Shown in pieces: positions 12,035 to 22,596 of a DNA stretch of 64,000 nucleotides; position 1 is the stretch's first letter; every line of letters starts with the position of its first letter. The notes under the pieces were generated by a model. It did not search any database. It worked only from the letters and a program-made list of their open reading frames with translations, and was not told the origin of the DNA. Source of the stretch: Trueperaceae bacterium (GTDB lineage Bacteria; Deinococcota; Deinococci; Deinococcales; Trueperaceae); the NCBI GenBank assembly GCA_965213705.1, contig OZ243913.1, positions 320,001-384,000 of the forward strand, in the 5' to 3' direction. The translations under genes and the position numbers were made by a program.

Positions 12035-12982
12035 ATGCTGAGCGCTGTGATTCTGGGCGAACCCGTCAGCTATTTTCTTTTCGAAATGCTCGTGTTCGGT
12101 TTGTTCGCCGTTTGTTTTATTCATGGATGCCTCGTCCACGGACTTCGCAATAATAAGCTTCCTCGTGTAGCGGTGGGGCTCGAGCTGCTGGTCTTCGTCC
12201 TCTACGGCCTCGCGTTTGAAAGCATCGCGGTGGCGGCCGGGTTTTACACCTACGCTCCTTTCGCGTTTCGCATCTGGCACGCGCCGCTCGTCATCGGGGT
12301 GGGTTGGGCGATTATCGGCTACGCGGTGATGGGGTTCAGCGACAGCCTCAACTTACCGCAGTGGGCCAAGCCTTTTTTAGACGCGCTGCTCGCTCTCCTC
12401 ATCGACCTCGGCATGGACGTGGTGGCGATTCGGGACGTTTATAACTTTGGGGACACGGTCTCGGGCATGTGGAACTGGGGCATTCCTTTGAACGAGATGT
12501 GGTTCGGCGTGCCCTACGCCAACTTTATGGCCTGGTGGCTCGTCGTCTTCATCATGTCGGCGAGTTTGCGCGGTGGGCGCTACGTTTATGGGTGGTTTGG
12601 TAAAAAGTGGCTGGCTTGGGTTTATCCTGTGGCGGCTCTTCTCGTGGCACTCGGTGTTTTCTTGTTTTTACTGCTCACTTTCACCGAGGCGTTCACCCTC
12701 ACGACCTTGTTGCTGTTAGTCGGGCTCTCGTTGGTCGTGACCGCGGCAAGTTTGCGCGGTCGGCAAAGAAGGCTGAGTTGGCGCACTCACTATCCCGTTT
12801 TCCTCGTGCCGCTGGTGTTTCACCTGTTCTTTTTAGGTCTGCTGTTGGTGCGCGGGCTTTATGTGGGTTCGCCGGGCGTCCTTGTCGTGAGCGTTGCAGC
12901 GTTTGTCATAAACGAGGCTGTCTTGTTGCTGGCTGTACACTCGCCGTTCAGGGCGGGCTCGAGCCTTCCGAAGCATTTCTGA
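12035..12982 (+). CDS. Membrane protein of the carotenoid hydratase CruF/DUF422-like family
   Basis: Multi-TM; APLVIGVGW, DLGMDVVA, WNW, WFGVPYANFMAW motifs. Confidence 0.6.
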   Translation: MLSAVILGEPVSYFLFEMLVFGLFAVCFIHGCLVHGLRNNKLPRVAVGLELLVFVLYGLAFESIAVAAGFYTYAPFAFRIWHAPLVIGVGWAIIGYAVMGFSDSLNLPQWAKPFLDALLALLIDLGMDVVAIRDVYNFGDTVSGMWNWGIPLNEMWFGVPYANFMAWWLVVFIMSASLRGGRYVYGWFGKKWLAWVYPVAALLVALGVFLFLLLTFTEAFTLTTLLLLVGLSLVVTAASLRGRQRRLSWRTHYPVFLVPLVFHLFFLGLLLVRGLYVGSPGVLVVSVAAFVINEAVLLLAVHSPFRAGSSLPKHF

Positions 12983-13030
12983 CCTGAGTTTGGGAACCTT
13001 CGAAAACACAGCGCCGTGTATACTCGCACT

Positions 13031-13582
13031 ATGCCCCGCACCGCCGAGCCCGTCAAAACCGGGCTGACGTTCGAAGAGTATCTTGAGTTCGAACAAACGA
13101 GCCCCGACAAACACGAGTTTGCCCACGGACAGCTTTTTATGATGGCCGGGGGAACGGACAGACACAACCGGCTTACGCTCAAGTTGGCTGCACGTCTGTT
13201 GGCGGCAGAAGCTTCCCCCTGTCGTACCTTTATGGCCGACATGAAAGTGCGCACGCCCAACGGGAACGGCTATTATCCAGACGTACTCGTCACCTGCGAT
13301 GACAGCGACGACGACGCCTATGTCAAACGCAAACCGTGCCTCATCATCGAAGTGCTCTCCGACTCGACGGAAGCCGTCGACCGCGGCGCCAAGCTCCACG
13401 ACTACCGCAAGTTCGACACTCTCAGCGCTTACGTGTTGGTCAACCAGCATGAACGGCGGCTCGAGATTTACCGCCGCGCTGCAGACGGTTGGCGTTACGA
13501 CGCCAAGGAAGCGGGTGAAACCCTCGAGCTGCCCTGTATCAGTCTGGTGCTCGAGGTCGACGCGCTTTACGCGGGCACGTAG
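13031..13582 (+). CDS. Uma2 family endonuclease (DUF820)
   Basis: EEYLEFE...HE...MAGG, YYPDVLVTCD, IIEVLSDST, DRGAK. Confidence 0.92.
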   Translation: MPRTAEPVKTGLTFEEYLEFEQTSPDKHEFAHGQLFMMAGGTDRHNRLTLKLAARLLAAEASPCRTFMADMKVRTPNGNGYYPDVLVTCDDSDDDAYVKRKPCLIIEVLSDSTEAVDRGAKLHDYRKFDTLSAYVLVNQHERRLEIYRRAADGWRYDAKEAGETLELPCISLVLEVDALYAGT

Positions 13583-13602
13583 TCAGAGCTTCGGCTCGAG
13601 GG

Positions 13603-14787
13603 TTAAGCGGGCTCGAGCGTCTTGAGGTTGGCTTTGAATACCTCTCCCAACCGCCGCATACCCTCGTCGATTTGTTCCGGCGTCGCCACCGAATAGCTCA
13701 GGCGCAGGGTGTTCTCGCCGCCGCCGTTGGCGTAGAAAGACTTACCCGGCACATAGGCGACGTTTTGCTTAACGGCCTCAAAAGTGAGTTGGCCTGCGTC
13801 CATACCCTCGGGCAGCGTAACCCACAAAAACATGCCGCCTTTGGGGCGGGTCCAGGTTACTTCGGCGGGAAAATGGGTGTCCAGAGCTTTCAACATCAGC
13901 GCGCGCTGGTTTTTGTAGTAGTCGCGCACGCGGCCGATTTGCTCGTCCATGTAGCCGTCTTTGGAGGTTTCATAGGCAATCATTTGGGTGAAGCTCGAGG
14001 TGTGCAGGTCGGCCGCTTGCTTGGCGCGCACGACGAGCGTCAGCACTTCGGGCTGCGCGACGAGCCAAGCCAAGCGGAAACCGGGCACCATGATTTTTGA
14101 AAAGGTTCCTGCATGAACGACCATCTCCGGCGCGAGGTCGCGCAGGTGCGGCAACTCTTCGCCCTCGAAACGGAGTTCGCCGTAGGGGTTGTCCTCGAAG
14201 ATGGGCACGCCGTAGCGCCGCGCCAAGCCCACGAGCGCTTCCCGCCGCTCCAAGCTCATCGAAATGCCGCTCGGGTTGTCGAAGTTGGGGATGACGTAAA
14301 TCATTTTGGGGTTTTGTTCCAGGGCGGCGGTAAGCGAGTCCGGCAGCATCCCCTCGTCGTCGCACTCGACGGTTAGATAATCGACCTGGTAAGCGTCGAA
14401 AGCGCGCAGAGCGCCCATATAGGTCGGCGCGCCCACCACGATTTTGTCGCCGGGGTCGAAGAACACCTTGGCGACGAGGTCCAAACCCTGCTGCGAACCC
14501 GACACGATTTGGACGTTCTCGGTCTCCACGCCTTCAAACCGTGAGGCGACCCACTCGCGGAGCGGCAAGTAGCCTTCGGTGGGGCCGTACTGCAGGGCTT
14601 CGGCCCCCGTCTCGAGCAGCACCTTGGACGCCGCCTCGTGCAACTTTTCCACCGGGAACAAACCCGGCGCGGGCAAACCGCCGGCAAACGAGATCACTTC
14701 CGACTTCTGCGTGAGCTTCAAGATTTCGCGGATGCTCGAGGGTTTCATGGTGTGGGTGCGTTTTGCGAAACGTTCGGTCCAGTTCAT
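13603..14787 (-). CDS. PLP-dependent aminotransferase class I (2-aminoadipate transaminase LysN-like)
   Basis: SSIREILK, ISFAGGLP, EDNPYGELRF, GTFSKIMVPGFRL; GGAGG RBS. Confidence 0.9.
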   Translation of the reverse strand: MNWTERFAKRTHTMKPSSIREILKLTQKSEVISFAGGLPAPGLFPVEKLHEAASKVLLETGAEALQYGPTEGYLPLREWVASRFEGVETENVQIVSGSQQGLDLVAKVFFDPGDKIVVGAPTYMGALRAFDAYQVDYLTVECDDEGMLPDSLTAALEQNPKMIYVIPNFDNPSGISMSLERREALVGLARRYGVPIFEDNPYGELRFEGEELPHLRDLAPEMVVHAGTFSKIMVPGFRLAWLVAQPEVLTLVVRAKQAADLHTSSFTQMIAYETSKDGYMDEQIGRVRDYYKNQRALMLKALDTHFPAEVTWTRPKGGMFLWVTLPEGMDAGQLTFEAVKQNVAYVPGKSFYANGGGENTLRLSYSVATPEQIDEGMRRLGEVFKANLKTLEPA

Positions 14788-14904
14788 GCGGGTAACCTCC
14801 AAAAATTCGGGAACATGCTTTACAGGATAAGGCACAGGGGCGTTGTGGGTTGAAAGGTACAGGCTGAAAGTTGAATAACTTGCATTTTCAGCCCATACCG
14901 AGCC

Positions 14905-16355
14905 TCACCGTAGCGGCTCACTCGGCCCAGCTTCCATCTCGAAAAAGGCGTCGGCCAAGCGTTCGACACCTTGAAGAATGCGTTCCGGTTCGGTGCTCGA
15001 GTAGCACAGTCTCAACGCGCGCTTTCCGGAACCATCCGGGAAAAAAGCGTCTCCTACTGCAAAACTGACACCCTGCTTTGCCGCCGCTCGCAGCAAGCTA
15101 CGACTGTCGCCCGACCTCAGTTGCGCCCAGACATACAGCCCGCCCTCGGCAGGTCGCCACGCCAGCGACCCCGCTGGGAACTGCCCATGCAAAGCCTTGG
15201 TCATGACCAAGGCGCGTTCTCGGTGCTTTTTGCGCAGTAGGCGGATGTGGCTTTCGAACACGCCGTTGCTCAAAAGTTCCGCCATGACGAGTTGAGACAA
15301 ACCCGGACAAAACAAGTCGCTCTGGGCTTTGACCAGAGAGAGCTGGTCGATGATGCTCTCGTCGGCAAGGACGTAGCCCAAACGCAAACCGGGCGCGAAG
15401 GTTTTCGAAAAAGTGCGTAGATGCAGTACCAGACCGCTGCCCTCCAGCGAGAGCAGTGACGGGGGCGGCGGCGCGTCGAAATATAGGTCGCGGTAGACTT
15501 CGTCCTCCACGACGGGTACGCGGTAGGTTCTGGCTAGCTCCACGACGCCGCGCCGCACCTCCAAAGGGAGGGTGCGGCCGGTCGGGTTTTGGAAAGAGGG
15601 GTTGAGGTAAAGCAGTTTCGGGCGGCGTTTTAGGAACAGGTCCTCGAGTTCATCCAAGTCAGCCGTGACGATGTCCCAACCCGCCAACACCGCGCCCGCT
15701 AAACGAAAGGTTTGGATAGCCCCCAAAAACCCAGGCCAATCCATGACCACCGCGTCTTGAGGACACAGTAGACAGCGAGCGATGAGGTCTAGGGCCTGCT
15801 GCGTACCCGCGACCACGAGAACTTCTTCCGGCCGCACGCCTTCACGCTCGGCTATCATCTCACGTAACCGAGGATGCCCTTCCGTGGGCAAAAAAGTGAA
15901 GGCTTCCTTGGCCCCGGTCGTCAAGATGTGCTGCGTAGCGGCGGCGTAGGCGTCAACGGGGAAGGCTTCGGGGGCGGGCGCTCCGGCCCCGAAAGAAATC
16001 TCGCTCGTGCGCGGTAAGGCGACCAAACTTCTTATGTTCATGTTGAGGTGTTGCTGAACGCCGGGGCTCACCTTGCCGCGCCACGCGAAATGCGCGCCCA
16101 AACGTTCCGGGCGACCACTGACGAAGGTACCCCGGCCCATGTAGCTGCGCCCAAACCCCGCGCCTCGAGTTCATGATAAGCGTTGACCGCCGTCGTACGA
16201 CTTATCGACAACAGCTCTGCCAGTTTCCGCTCGGAAGGAAGCTGGTCACCGGGTTGGAGCAAGCCTGCGGCGATAGAGCCCGTCAGCGTGGTGCAAAGTT
16301 GCAGGTAGAGCGGGGTTTTCGCCGCCGCGTCAAGCTGAAGAGCCGACCAGTCCAT
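14905..16355 (-). pseudogene. MocR/GabR family regulator (GntR wHTH + aminotransferase-like domain), frameshifted
   Basis: wHTH LPSERKLAELLSISRTTAVNAYHELEARGL continues into RSYMGRGTFV only after a 1-bp frame change at about 16150. Confidence 0.8.
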
Positions 16356-16450
16356 GCGTCATTGTGACGCCGTAACCTACGCCAACGCAATAACCAATCC
16401 CGAATTGGCTCTTGTGAAGACCACGAAAACTCAACTAGGGTGGAGCCTAG

Positions 16451-17035
16451 ATGACCTACCTAATTCCCATCCTGTCTTTCGCTTTCGTCATGTCCATCAC
16501 GCCGGGACCCAACAACATTATGCTGTGGGCGTCGGGCGCAAACTACGGGCTGAAACGGACCCTCCCGCACCTGTTTGGCGTCAACATCGGCTTCGGCTCC
16601 CTCATTCTTTTGTGCGGGTTGGGGCTCGGCGTGCTGTTTGAAACGTTTCCGTTTTTCCAGACCTTTCTCACTGTCGCCGGCTCGCTGTATCTTTTGTATC
16701 TCGCCTACCGCATTGCCACGGCTTCGTTCGGCGCTGAGGCGCAAGCGGCGCAGCCTTTGGGGTTCTGGGAAGCCGCCGGGTTTCAGTATGCCAATCCCAA
16801 AGCCTGGGTCATGGGTCTGACGGTTATGAGCGCCTTCACCGTTCCGCAGCTGTCTCTCGTAACCAAGGCCGTCTTTGTCACCCTCGTCGTGATGATGGTG
16901 AATCTTCCTTGCATCGGCGTGTGGGCCGTGTTCGGCACAGCTCTTGGACGCTTTCTGACCAATAAGAGAGCGCTTATGGCGTTCAACTTCGTTATGGCAG
17001 GCCTTTTGGTGGGAACGATTGCACTCCTGATTTGA
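16451..17035 (+). CDS. LysE family amino acid exporter
   Basis: SITPGPNNIM, YLLYLAYRIA, FQYANPKAW; divergent from the MocR regulator. Confidence 0.92.
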   Translation: MTYLIPILSFAFVMSITPGPNNIMLWASGANYGLKRTLPHLFGVNIGFGSLILLCGLGLGVLFETFPFFQTFLTVAGSLYLLYLAYRIATASFGAEAQAAQPLGFWEAAGFQYANPKAWVMGLTVMSAFTVPQLSLVTKAVFVTLVVMMVNLPCIGVWAVFGTALGRFLTNKRALMAFNFVMAGLLVGTIALLI

Positions 17036-17080
17036 CACAGTCTCAAAAAGTAGCCTAAGGTTGCAAAGCGTCGTGAGCGT

Positions 17081-18115
17081 TCAAAAAACCTTCGCATTAC
17101 TGACTAAATGAATCGGCGGCGCGCAACTGCCCCGCTTGATGAGGGTGCCTTCGAAACGTCGCCGCGTCACCTTGGCGGCACCGTGCTCGAGCTGCCCCAA
17201 CACGATGTCCACGGCTGCCCGCCCCATCACCTCGACCGGCTGCGCGATAACGTCGACAGGCGGCTCGACGAGGCTCGTCCAGGGATAATCGTCGAAACTC
17301 AAAAGCGACACGTCCTGCGGGATGCGCACCCCGAGTTCGCGCAGCGCCCGAAACGCGCCGACAGCCAAGTTGCCCGTGGTTGCGAACAGGGCGGTGGGCG
17401 GCTCGGGAAGCCTCATCAGGTCCAGGGTCAGCGCGTAAGCCTCTTGCGGCGTCGGGCGAATCACGCGCTGATACGCTTCTGGCAGGCTCAAACCAGCCTC
17501 TTTCATGACTTGAGGGAAAACTTTGGTGCGCTCGTCGGGCAAAATCATTTCGTGGTAAGTGCCCAACGCCGCGACGCGCTCGTGGCCGAGTCCGGCTAAG
17601 TAGCCGACGCCCAGCCGCATACAGCCCTCGTTGTCGAGCATCACGTGGCTGAACGGGCTGTTCGGATAAACGTGGTCGATTTCGGCGATGACGGTGCCGC
17701 GTCCTTGCAGGCGCTGCAGGTAGTCCAGGTTCGGCTCGCCATAACCTGAGCGGATGATGAGCCCGCCTATTCGGTTGCCGTAAAAGGCTTTGAGTTGCTC
17801 CAACTCGATGCCCGCGTCGTACTCGCTGTCGGCGACGAGCAGCGTGTAGCCCCGCGCCCGCACCGCCATACCAATAGTACGGGTGAGCTGCGCGAAAAAC
17901 GGCTCGACGATGCTGCCGACGATTAAGCCGATGGTTTTGCTCTGCCCACGACGCAACGCCGCGGCGAGCCGGTCGGGCTCGTAGTGCAGGTCTCTAACCG
18001 CCCGCTGCACTTTTTCAAGTGTAGCCGGAGCGAGCAAGTCCGGCGTGCGGATGGCGCGTTTCGCCGTGGTGGGGGACACGCCCGCACGCTTGGCGACGTC
18101 GTTGATGTTGGCCAC
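17081..18115 (-). CDS. LacI family transcriptional regulator
   Basis: INDVAKRAGVSPTT HTH, IPQDVSLLSFDD; GTG start preceded by TACACT. Confidence 0.92.
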   Translation of the reverse strand: MANINDVAKRAGVSPTTAKRAIRTPDLLAPATLEKVQRAVRDLHYEPDRLAAALRRGQSKTIGLIVGSIVEPFFAQLTRTIGMAVRARGYTLLVADSEYDAGIELEQLKAFYGNRIGGLIIRSGYGEPNLDYLQRLQGRGTVIAEIDHVYPNSPFSHVMLDNEGCMRLGVGYLAGLGHERVAALGTYHEMILPDERTKVFPQVMKEAGLSLPEAYQRVIRPTPQEAYALTLDLMRLPEPPTALFATTGNLAVGAFRALRELGVRIPQDVSLLSFDDYPWTSLVEPPVDVIAQPVEVMGRAAVDIVLGQLEHGAAKVTRRRFEGTLIKRGSCAPPIHLVSNAKVF

Positions 18116-18220
18116 GAGGCCAGTGTAGCAGACTCCAAAGTGCCCAGCCCGTTCCGCGTACCGAACTTGACCTCTTGACAAGCCACAAAGGTGCGTACTA
18201 TGCTGATGGCCACGAGGCCA
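18109..18220. promoter_or_regulatory. Two identical operators TGGCCACGAGGCCA (18109-18122, 18207-18220) and a sigma70-type promoter TTGACA-N18-TATGCT (18175-18204)
   Basis: Exact 14-bp repeat with palindromic TGGCC/GGCCA arms; one copy overlaps the lacI start, the other lies just after the -10. Confidence 0.7.
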
Positions 18221-18350
18221 TAAAGATTGTGCGCTTGCCAAGCTCAAAAAGCTCGGTTGGCCAGGAGAGAACTGTAGGAAGGAGGGTACAGGGTCGAAAG
18301 TGGCCGCGTGGAAGCTTGGGCAAAGGACAACTTCACTAAGGGAGGACTAC

Positions 18351-19661
18351 ATGAGGAAACTTGTTTTAACGTTTGTATTAGCGGCGGCTGCCACCGTATG
18401 GGCGCAAACCACCGTCACCATCGCTTCGGTGAACAATCCCGACATGGTCACCATGCAAGAACTCAGCACTCAGTTCGAAGAGCAAAACCCCGACATCAAC
18501 TTAGAGTGGCTTTTCCTAGACGAGGGTACGCTCCGTTCACGCTTGACGACCGACGTAGCAACGGGCTCAGGCTCGTTCGACTTGGTCACAGTAGGCGCGT
18601 ACGAGACGCCGCTTTGGGCCGCGAACGACTGGCTCGTCTCGGTAGACGCGCTCGCCGACGAGTACCCCGAAGTCGCGGCTGACTACAACTTCGACGACAT
18701 CCTGCCCGCCATTCAGGGTGGCCTGAGCTACGAAGGTGAGCTGTTCGCCGTGCCCTTTTACGGCGAGTCGAGCTTTACGATGTACAACAAACGCTTGCTT
18801 GACGAGGCGGGCGTGACCATGCCCGACGCACCCACCTGGCAAGAAGTGCGCGACATCGCCTGCGAAGTTCACGACCCGGCCAACGGTGTCTACGGCATCG
18901 CGCTACGCGGCAAGCCCGGCTGGGGCGACAACATGGCCCCCATCACGACGGTCGTCAACACCTTCGGCGGTCAGTGGTTCGACGCGGAAGGCCGTCCCAC
19001 CATCGACACGCCCGAGTGGAACGAAGCACTTACTTTTTACCGCGACCTTGTCACCAACTGTGGCCCTCCCGGCGTGACGGGCATCAGCTTTCCCGAAGCG
19101 CTGCAACTCATGTCCGCCGGACAAGCCGCTATTTGGGTTGACGCCACCGTCGCGGCGGGCTTTTTAGCCAACTCCGAGGCGGGTCCCGACATGGCTTACG
19201 CGCTGGCCCCGATCGGCCCGGTCGAGAAGGGCAACGCCTGGCTGTGGAGCTGGAACTTGGGCATTCCTAGCTCGTCGGACGCCCAAGAAGCCGCTTTCAA
19301 ATTCATGACCTGGGCGACTTCACAAGAGTACATCGACCTGGTCGCCGAGCAAAAAGGTCCAGCGTCCGTGCCCCCCGGCACGCGCATTTCGACCTACGAG
19401 AACGCTGCTTACGCTGAGGCCGCGCCCTTCGCCCCCATCGTGCTTAACGCCATCCAAAACGCCGACCCCACCGACTCGACCGCGAACCCTACCATCGCCC
19501 CCGGCGTGCAGTTCGTGCAAATCCCCGAGTTTCAGGGCATCGGTAGTGACGTGGCGCAGATTGTCGCCGAAATCTTAGCGGGCGACATCAGCGTCGAGGA
19601 CGGCTTGGCCCGCGCCCAACGCGTCGCTGACGAAGCGATGCAAGACGCAGGCTACTACTAA
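18351..19661 (+). CDS. Sugar/polyol ABC transporter substrate-binding protein (SmoE-like)
   Basis: Signal peptide, TIASVNNPDM, PFYGESSF, LRGKPGWG, GVQFVQIPEFQGIG. Confidence 0.9.
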   Translation: MRKLVLTFVLAAAATVWAQTTVTIASVNNPDMVTMQELSTQFEEQNPDINLEWLFLDEGTLRSRLTTDVATGSGSFDLVTVGAYETPLWAANDWLVSVDALADEYPEVAADYNFDDILPAIQGGLSYEGELFAVPFYGESSFTMYNKRLLDEAGVTMPDAPTWQEVRDIACEVHDPANGVYGIALRGKPGWGDNMAPITTVVNTFGGQWFDAEGRPTIDTPEWNEALTFYRDLVTNCGPPGVTGISFPEALQLMSAGQAAIWVDATVAAGFLANSEAGPDMAYALAPIGPVEKGNAWLWSWNLGIPSSSDAQEAAFKFMTWATSQEYIDLVAEQKGPASVPPGTRISTYENAAYAEAAPFAPIVLNAIQNADPTDSTANPTIAPGVQFVQIPEFQGIGSDVAQIVAEILAGDISVEDGLARAQRVADEAMQDAGYY

Positions 19662-19667
19662 GCGAAA

Positions 19668-19699
19668 GAGGGGTGTGCAGGACGTCCTGCACACCCCTC
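19668..19699. other. Perfect 32-bp palindrome (intra-operon hairpin)
   Basis: GAGGGGTGTGCAGGAC/GTCCTGCACACCCCTC between the binding-protein and permease genes. Confidence 0.75.
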
Positions 19700-19823
19700 C
19701 ACGTCTGCAAATCCTCTTTTTACCCGAATCCTCAATTACCGACCGACGACAACCCCAAGGGCTTCTCGAGTCAGAAACCTGGTCATGGGTCGTTTTCGGC
19801 TGTTCACTCAAGGGAGGAGAGCT

Positions 19824-20753
19824 ATGGCTAGTACCAGTATGCCGCAAGCGCAATCCCAACAAGACACGCCGCTCCGCCGCGAGAACCGCAAGTTTTTGTC
19901 CGCTCCCGGCATCACTTTTCTTATCTTAGTCACGCAGGTGCCTTTTGTCCTCGCTATCTGGTATTCCTTTACAAACTGGAACCTACTACGCCCGGGTAGC
20001 CAGGGCTTTATCGGCTGGGACAGGGTGTGGCGCAACTACAGCCGTATCCTCACCAACCCGGACTTTTGGACCGTCTTATGGGTCACGATTTTCTTAACGG
20101 TCGCAGTCGTCGCCATCACTTTTGTCGTCGGACTCGGCTTTGCGATGCTGTTAAACCGACCCTTTCCGGGGCGGGCGCTGGCGAGAACGCTGCTCATCTC
20201 ACCCTTTTTGATGATGCCGGTGGCGGCGGCGGTACTGTGGAAAAATGTCTTGCTCGACCCCTCCTTCGGGTTATTCGCTTACTTTTTTAGGCTCTTCGGC
20301 ATCACCAATTTTTACGCCCTCGAGGCGTTCCCTTTGGCTACCGTCATAGGCATCATCTCCTGGCAGTGGATTCCCTTTGTGATGCTCATTCTTTTGGCAG
20401 GTTTGCAGAGCTTGCCCGAATCGACGGTGGAAGCGGCGCGGATTGACGGGGCCAGCGGCTTTTCGATGTTTCGCCACATCATCATCCCGCACTTGAAAAA
20501 GTTTATTGAAATCGCGCTGCTGTTAGAAACCATTTTTATCCTGAGCGCGTTCGGCGTCATTTTCGTCACGACCTCGGGCGGTCCGGGCATTCAGACGACG
20601 AACCTGCCCTATCAGATATTTTTGGAGGCGTTCTCGAGACAGAACGTGGGCCGCGCCAGCGCCTACGGCATCTTCGCGGTGATTTTGGCGAACATCGTCA
20701 TCGTGCTGTTCCTCAACGTGCTGCGCCGTAACTCGGAAGAGGTAGCCTTATGA
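19824..20753 (+). CDS. Sugar ABC transporter permease
   Basis: EAARIDGAS EAA motif, multiple TMs. Confidence 0.92.
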   Translation: MASTSMPQAQSQQDTPLRRENRKFLSAPGITFLILVTQVPFVLAIWYSFTNWNLLRPGSQGFIGWDRVWRNYSRILTNPDFWTVLWVTIFLTVAVVAITFVVGLGFAMLLNRPFPGRALARTLLISPFLMMPVAAAVLWKNVLLDPSFGLFAYFFRLFGITNFYALEAFPLATVIGIISWQWIPFVMLILLAGLQSLPESTVEAARIDGASGFSMFRHIIIPHLKKFIEIALLLETIFILSAFGVIFVTTSGGPGIQTTNLPYQIFLEAFSRQNVGRASAYGIFAVILANIVIVLFLNVLRRNSEEVAL

Positions 20754-21580
20754 GCTTGACACGGCAGAAAACTTGGGGACACCTGCTGTCCGCCCTGACC
20801 CTCCTGCTGGCCTTTTTGATGTTTTTTCCAATCCTGTGGATGGTCCTTACCTCGTTCAAAACCGAGGCGCTGGCAATTCAGTTCCCGCCGCGTGTCTTTT
20901 TCGAGCCGACGCTTGCCAACTGGCGCTTGGCCCTGTTCAACTCGCCCTTCCTGGAGTACCTGTGGAACACGGTCATCATCACTTTTTTCTCGATTGTGCT
21001 GGCCCTCCTGCTGGGTATCCCGAGTGCCTACGCGATGGCGTTTTACCAGACTAAGCGCACCGACGGCTCGCTGCTGTGGATGATGTCTACACGAATGCTG
21101 CCCCCCGCCGGCGTCATCGTGCCTCTTTATGTCATTTTTCTGCGCCTCAACCTGCTGGACACGCATTTGGGTCTCATCATCCTGTACGCCGGGATGAACT
21201 TCCCGCTGGTCGTGTGGATGCTGCGCTCGTTCATGCTGGAAGTTCCTTACGAAATCATTGAAGCCGCGCGACTGGACGGCGCGAACTTGTGGCAGGAATT
21301 CTCCAACGTCATCATGCCGCTGCTCGTCCCCGGTCTAGCAGCAACCGCCCTGCTCTGCATGATTTTCACCTGGAACGAATTTTTCTTGGCGGTCAACCTG
21401 ACCAGCCGAGACGCTTCGCCGGTCTCGGTTTACGTCTCGACCTTCAAGGCGGCACAGGGTGACCTGTTTATCGCCAAGATGTCGGCGGCGGCGACAGCGG
21501 CGGTTATTCCCGTATTGATAGCGGGCTGGGTCGCGCAGAAGCAACTCGTCACCGGCTTAACGATGGGGGCTATCAAGTGA
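20750..21580 (+). CDS. Sugar ABC transporter permease
   Basis: EAARLDGA, WNEFF, QLVTGLTMGAIK. Confidence 0.92.
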   Translation: MSLTRQKTWGHLLSALTLLLAFLMFFPILWMVLTSFKTEALAIQFPPRVFFEPTLANWRLALFNSPFLEYLWNTVIITFFSIVLALLLGIPSAYAMAFYQTKRTDGSLLWMMSTRMLPPAGVIVPLYVIFLRLNLLDTHLGLIILYAGMNFPLVVWMLRSFMLEVPYEIIEAARLDGANLWQEFSNVIMPLLVPGLAATALLCMIFTWNEFFLAVNLTSRDASPVSVYVSTFKAAQGDLFIAKMSAAATAAVIPVLIAGWVAQKQLVTGLTMGAIK

Positions 21581-22596
21581 TTGCCGCGCAAATCGACTCG
21601 CCCCTGGAAGCAAAAATCTTAGAAGCCACGCAGCCCGAAGTCGGCTTCGACGATGTCCTCATCGAGGTCAAAAACGCGGGCGTCTGCGGCACCGACCTCC
21701 ACATCTGGCACGGCTCCTACGCCCTTGCCAAGTACCCCATCGTCCCCGGCCACGAGTTCAGCGGCGTGGTGGCGGCGGTCGGCGAGCGTGTGACGGGCTT
21801 CAAAAAGGGCGACCGCGTCACCGCCGACCCGAACCTGCCCTGCTACCGGTGCGCGTTTTGCCAACGGCGGCAGTTCAACCAGTGTTTGAACCTGGAGGTT
21901 TTAGGCGTGACGCGCTCAGGCGCGTTCGCACGCTTTGTGGCCGCGCCGGAGAGCGCGGTCTACCCTATCGGCGATTTGCCTTTCGACGAGGCGGCGCTGC
22001 TCGAGCCCCTGGCCTGCGTCGTCTGGGGCCTGAAACAAGTGCAGTTGGAGGCGGGCGACCGGATGCTCATTTTCGGCGCGGGGCCGATGGGCATTCTCAT
22101 GATGCAGGCCGTGATGCGGGCTGGGGCCGCGTCGGTGGTGATGGTGGACAAGGAGCCTTGGCGTCTAAAAATTGCCGAAGACCTCGGCGCGAGCGCCGTC
22201 GTCCAAGCGGACAGTCTGAACCCGCAAACCTTTAAAAACCTCGCCCCGCACGGTTTCGAGGTCGTGGCGGACGCGACCGGCGTTGGAAGCGTTATCGGAC
22301 AAACCTTCCAGTACGTGCGGCCCGGCGGCAAAGTGTGGGTCTTCGGCGTGGCCGCGGCGGACGCACGTGTGCCGTTCGCACCCTTCGACGTGTTCCGCAA
22401 GGACCTCAAAATCATCGGCTCGTTCGCGCTCAACAAGACGTTTCACGAGGCTATCTCCTTGGTCCAGGGCGGCGGGGTGAAACTGGCCCCGCTCATCTCC
22501 CACGCGCTGCCGCTGAGCGACTTCGCGGCGGGCATGAACGTCGCCGAGCGCGACCCCAAGCGCATGAAAATCCAGTTCGCGCTGGACGCGGCGTGA
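21577..22596 (+). CDS. Zinc-dependent polyol/alcohol dehydrogenase
   Basis: CGTDLH, GHEFSG, CxxCxxC...C zinc site, GAGPMG. Confidence 0.92.
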   Translation: MIAAQIDSPLEAKILEATQPEVGFDDVLIEVKNAGVCGTDLHIWHGSYALAKYPIVPGHEFSGVVAAVGERVTGFKKGDRVTADPNLPCYRCAFCQRRQFNQCLNLEVLGVTRSGAFARFVAAPESAVYPIGDLPFDEAALLEPLACVVWGLKQVQLEAGDRMLIFGAGPMGILMMQAVMRAGAASVVMVDKEPWRLKIAEDLGASAVVQADSLNPQTFKNLAPHGFEVVADATGVGSVIGQTFQYVRPGGKVWVFGVAAADARVPFAPFDVFRKDLKIIGSFALNKTFHEAISLVQGGGVKLAPLISHALPLSDFAAGMNVAERDPKRMKIQFALDAA

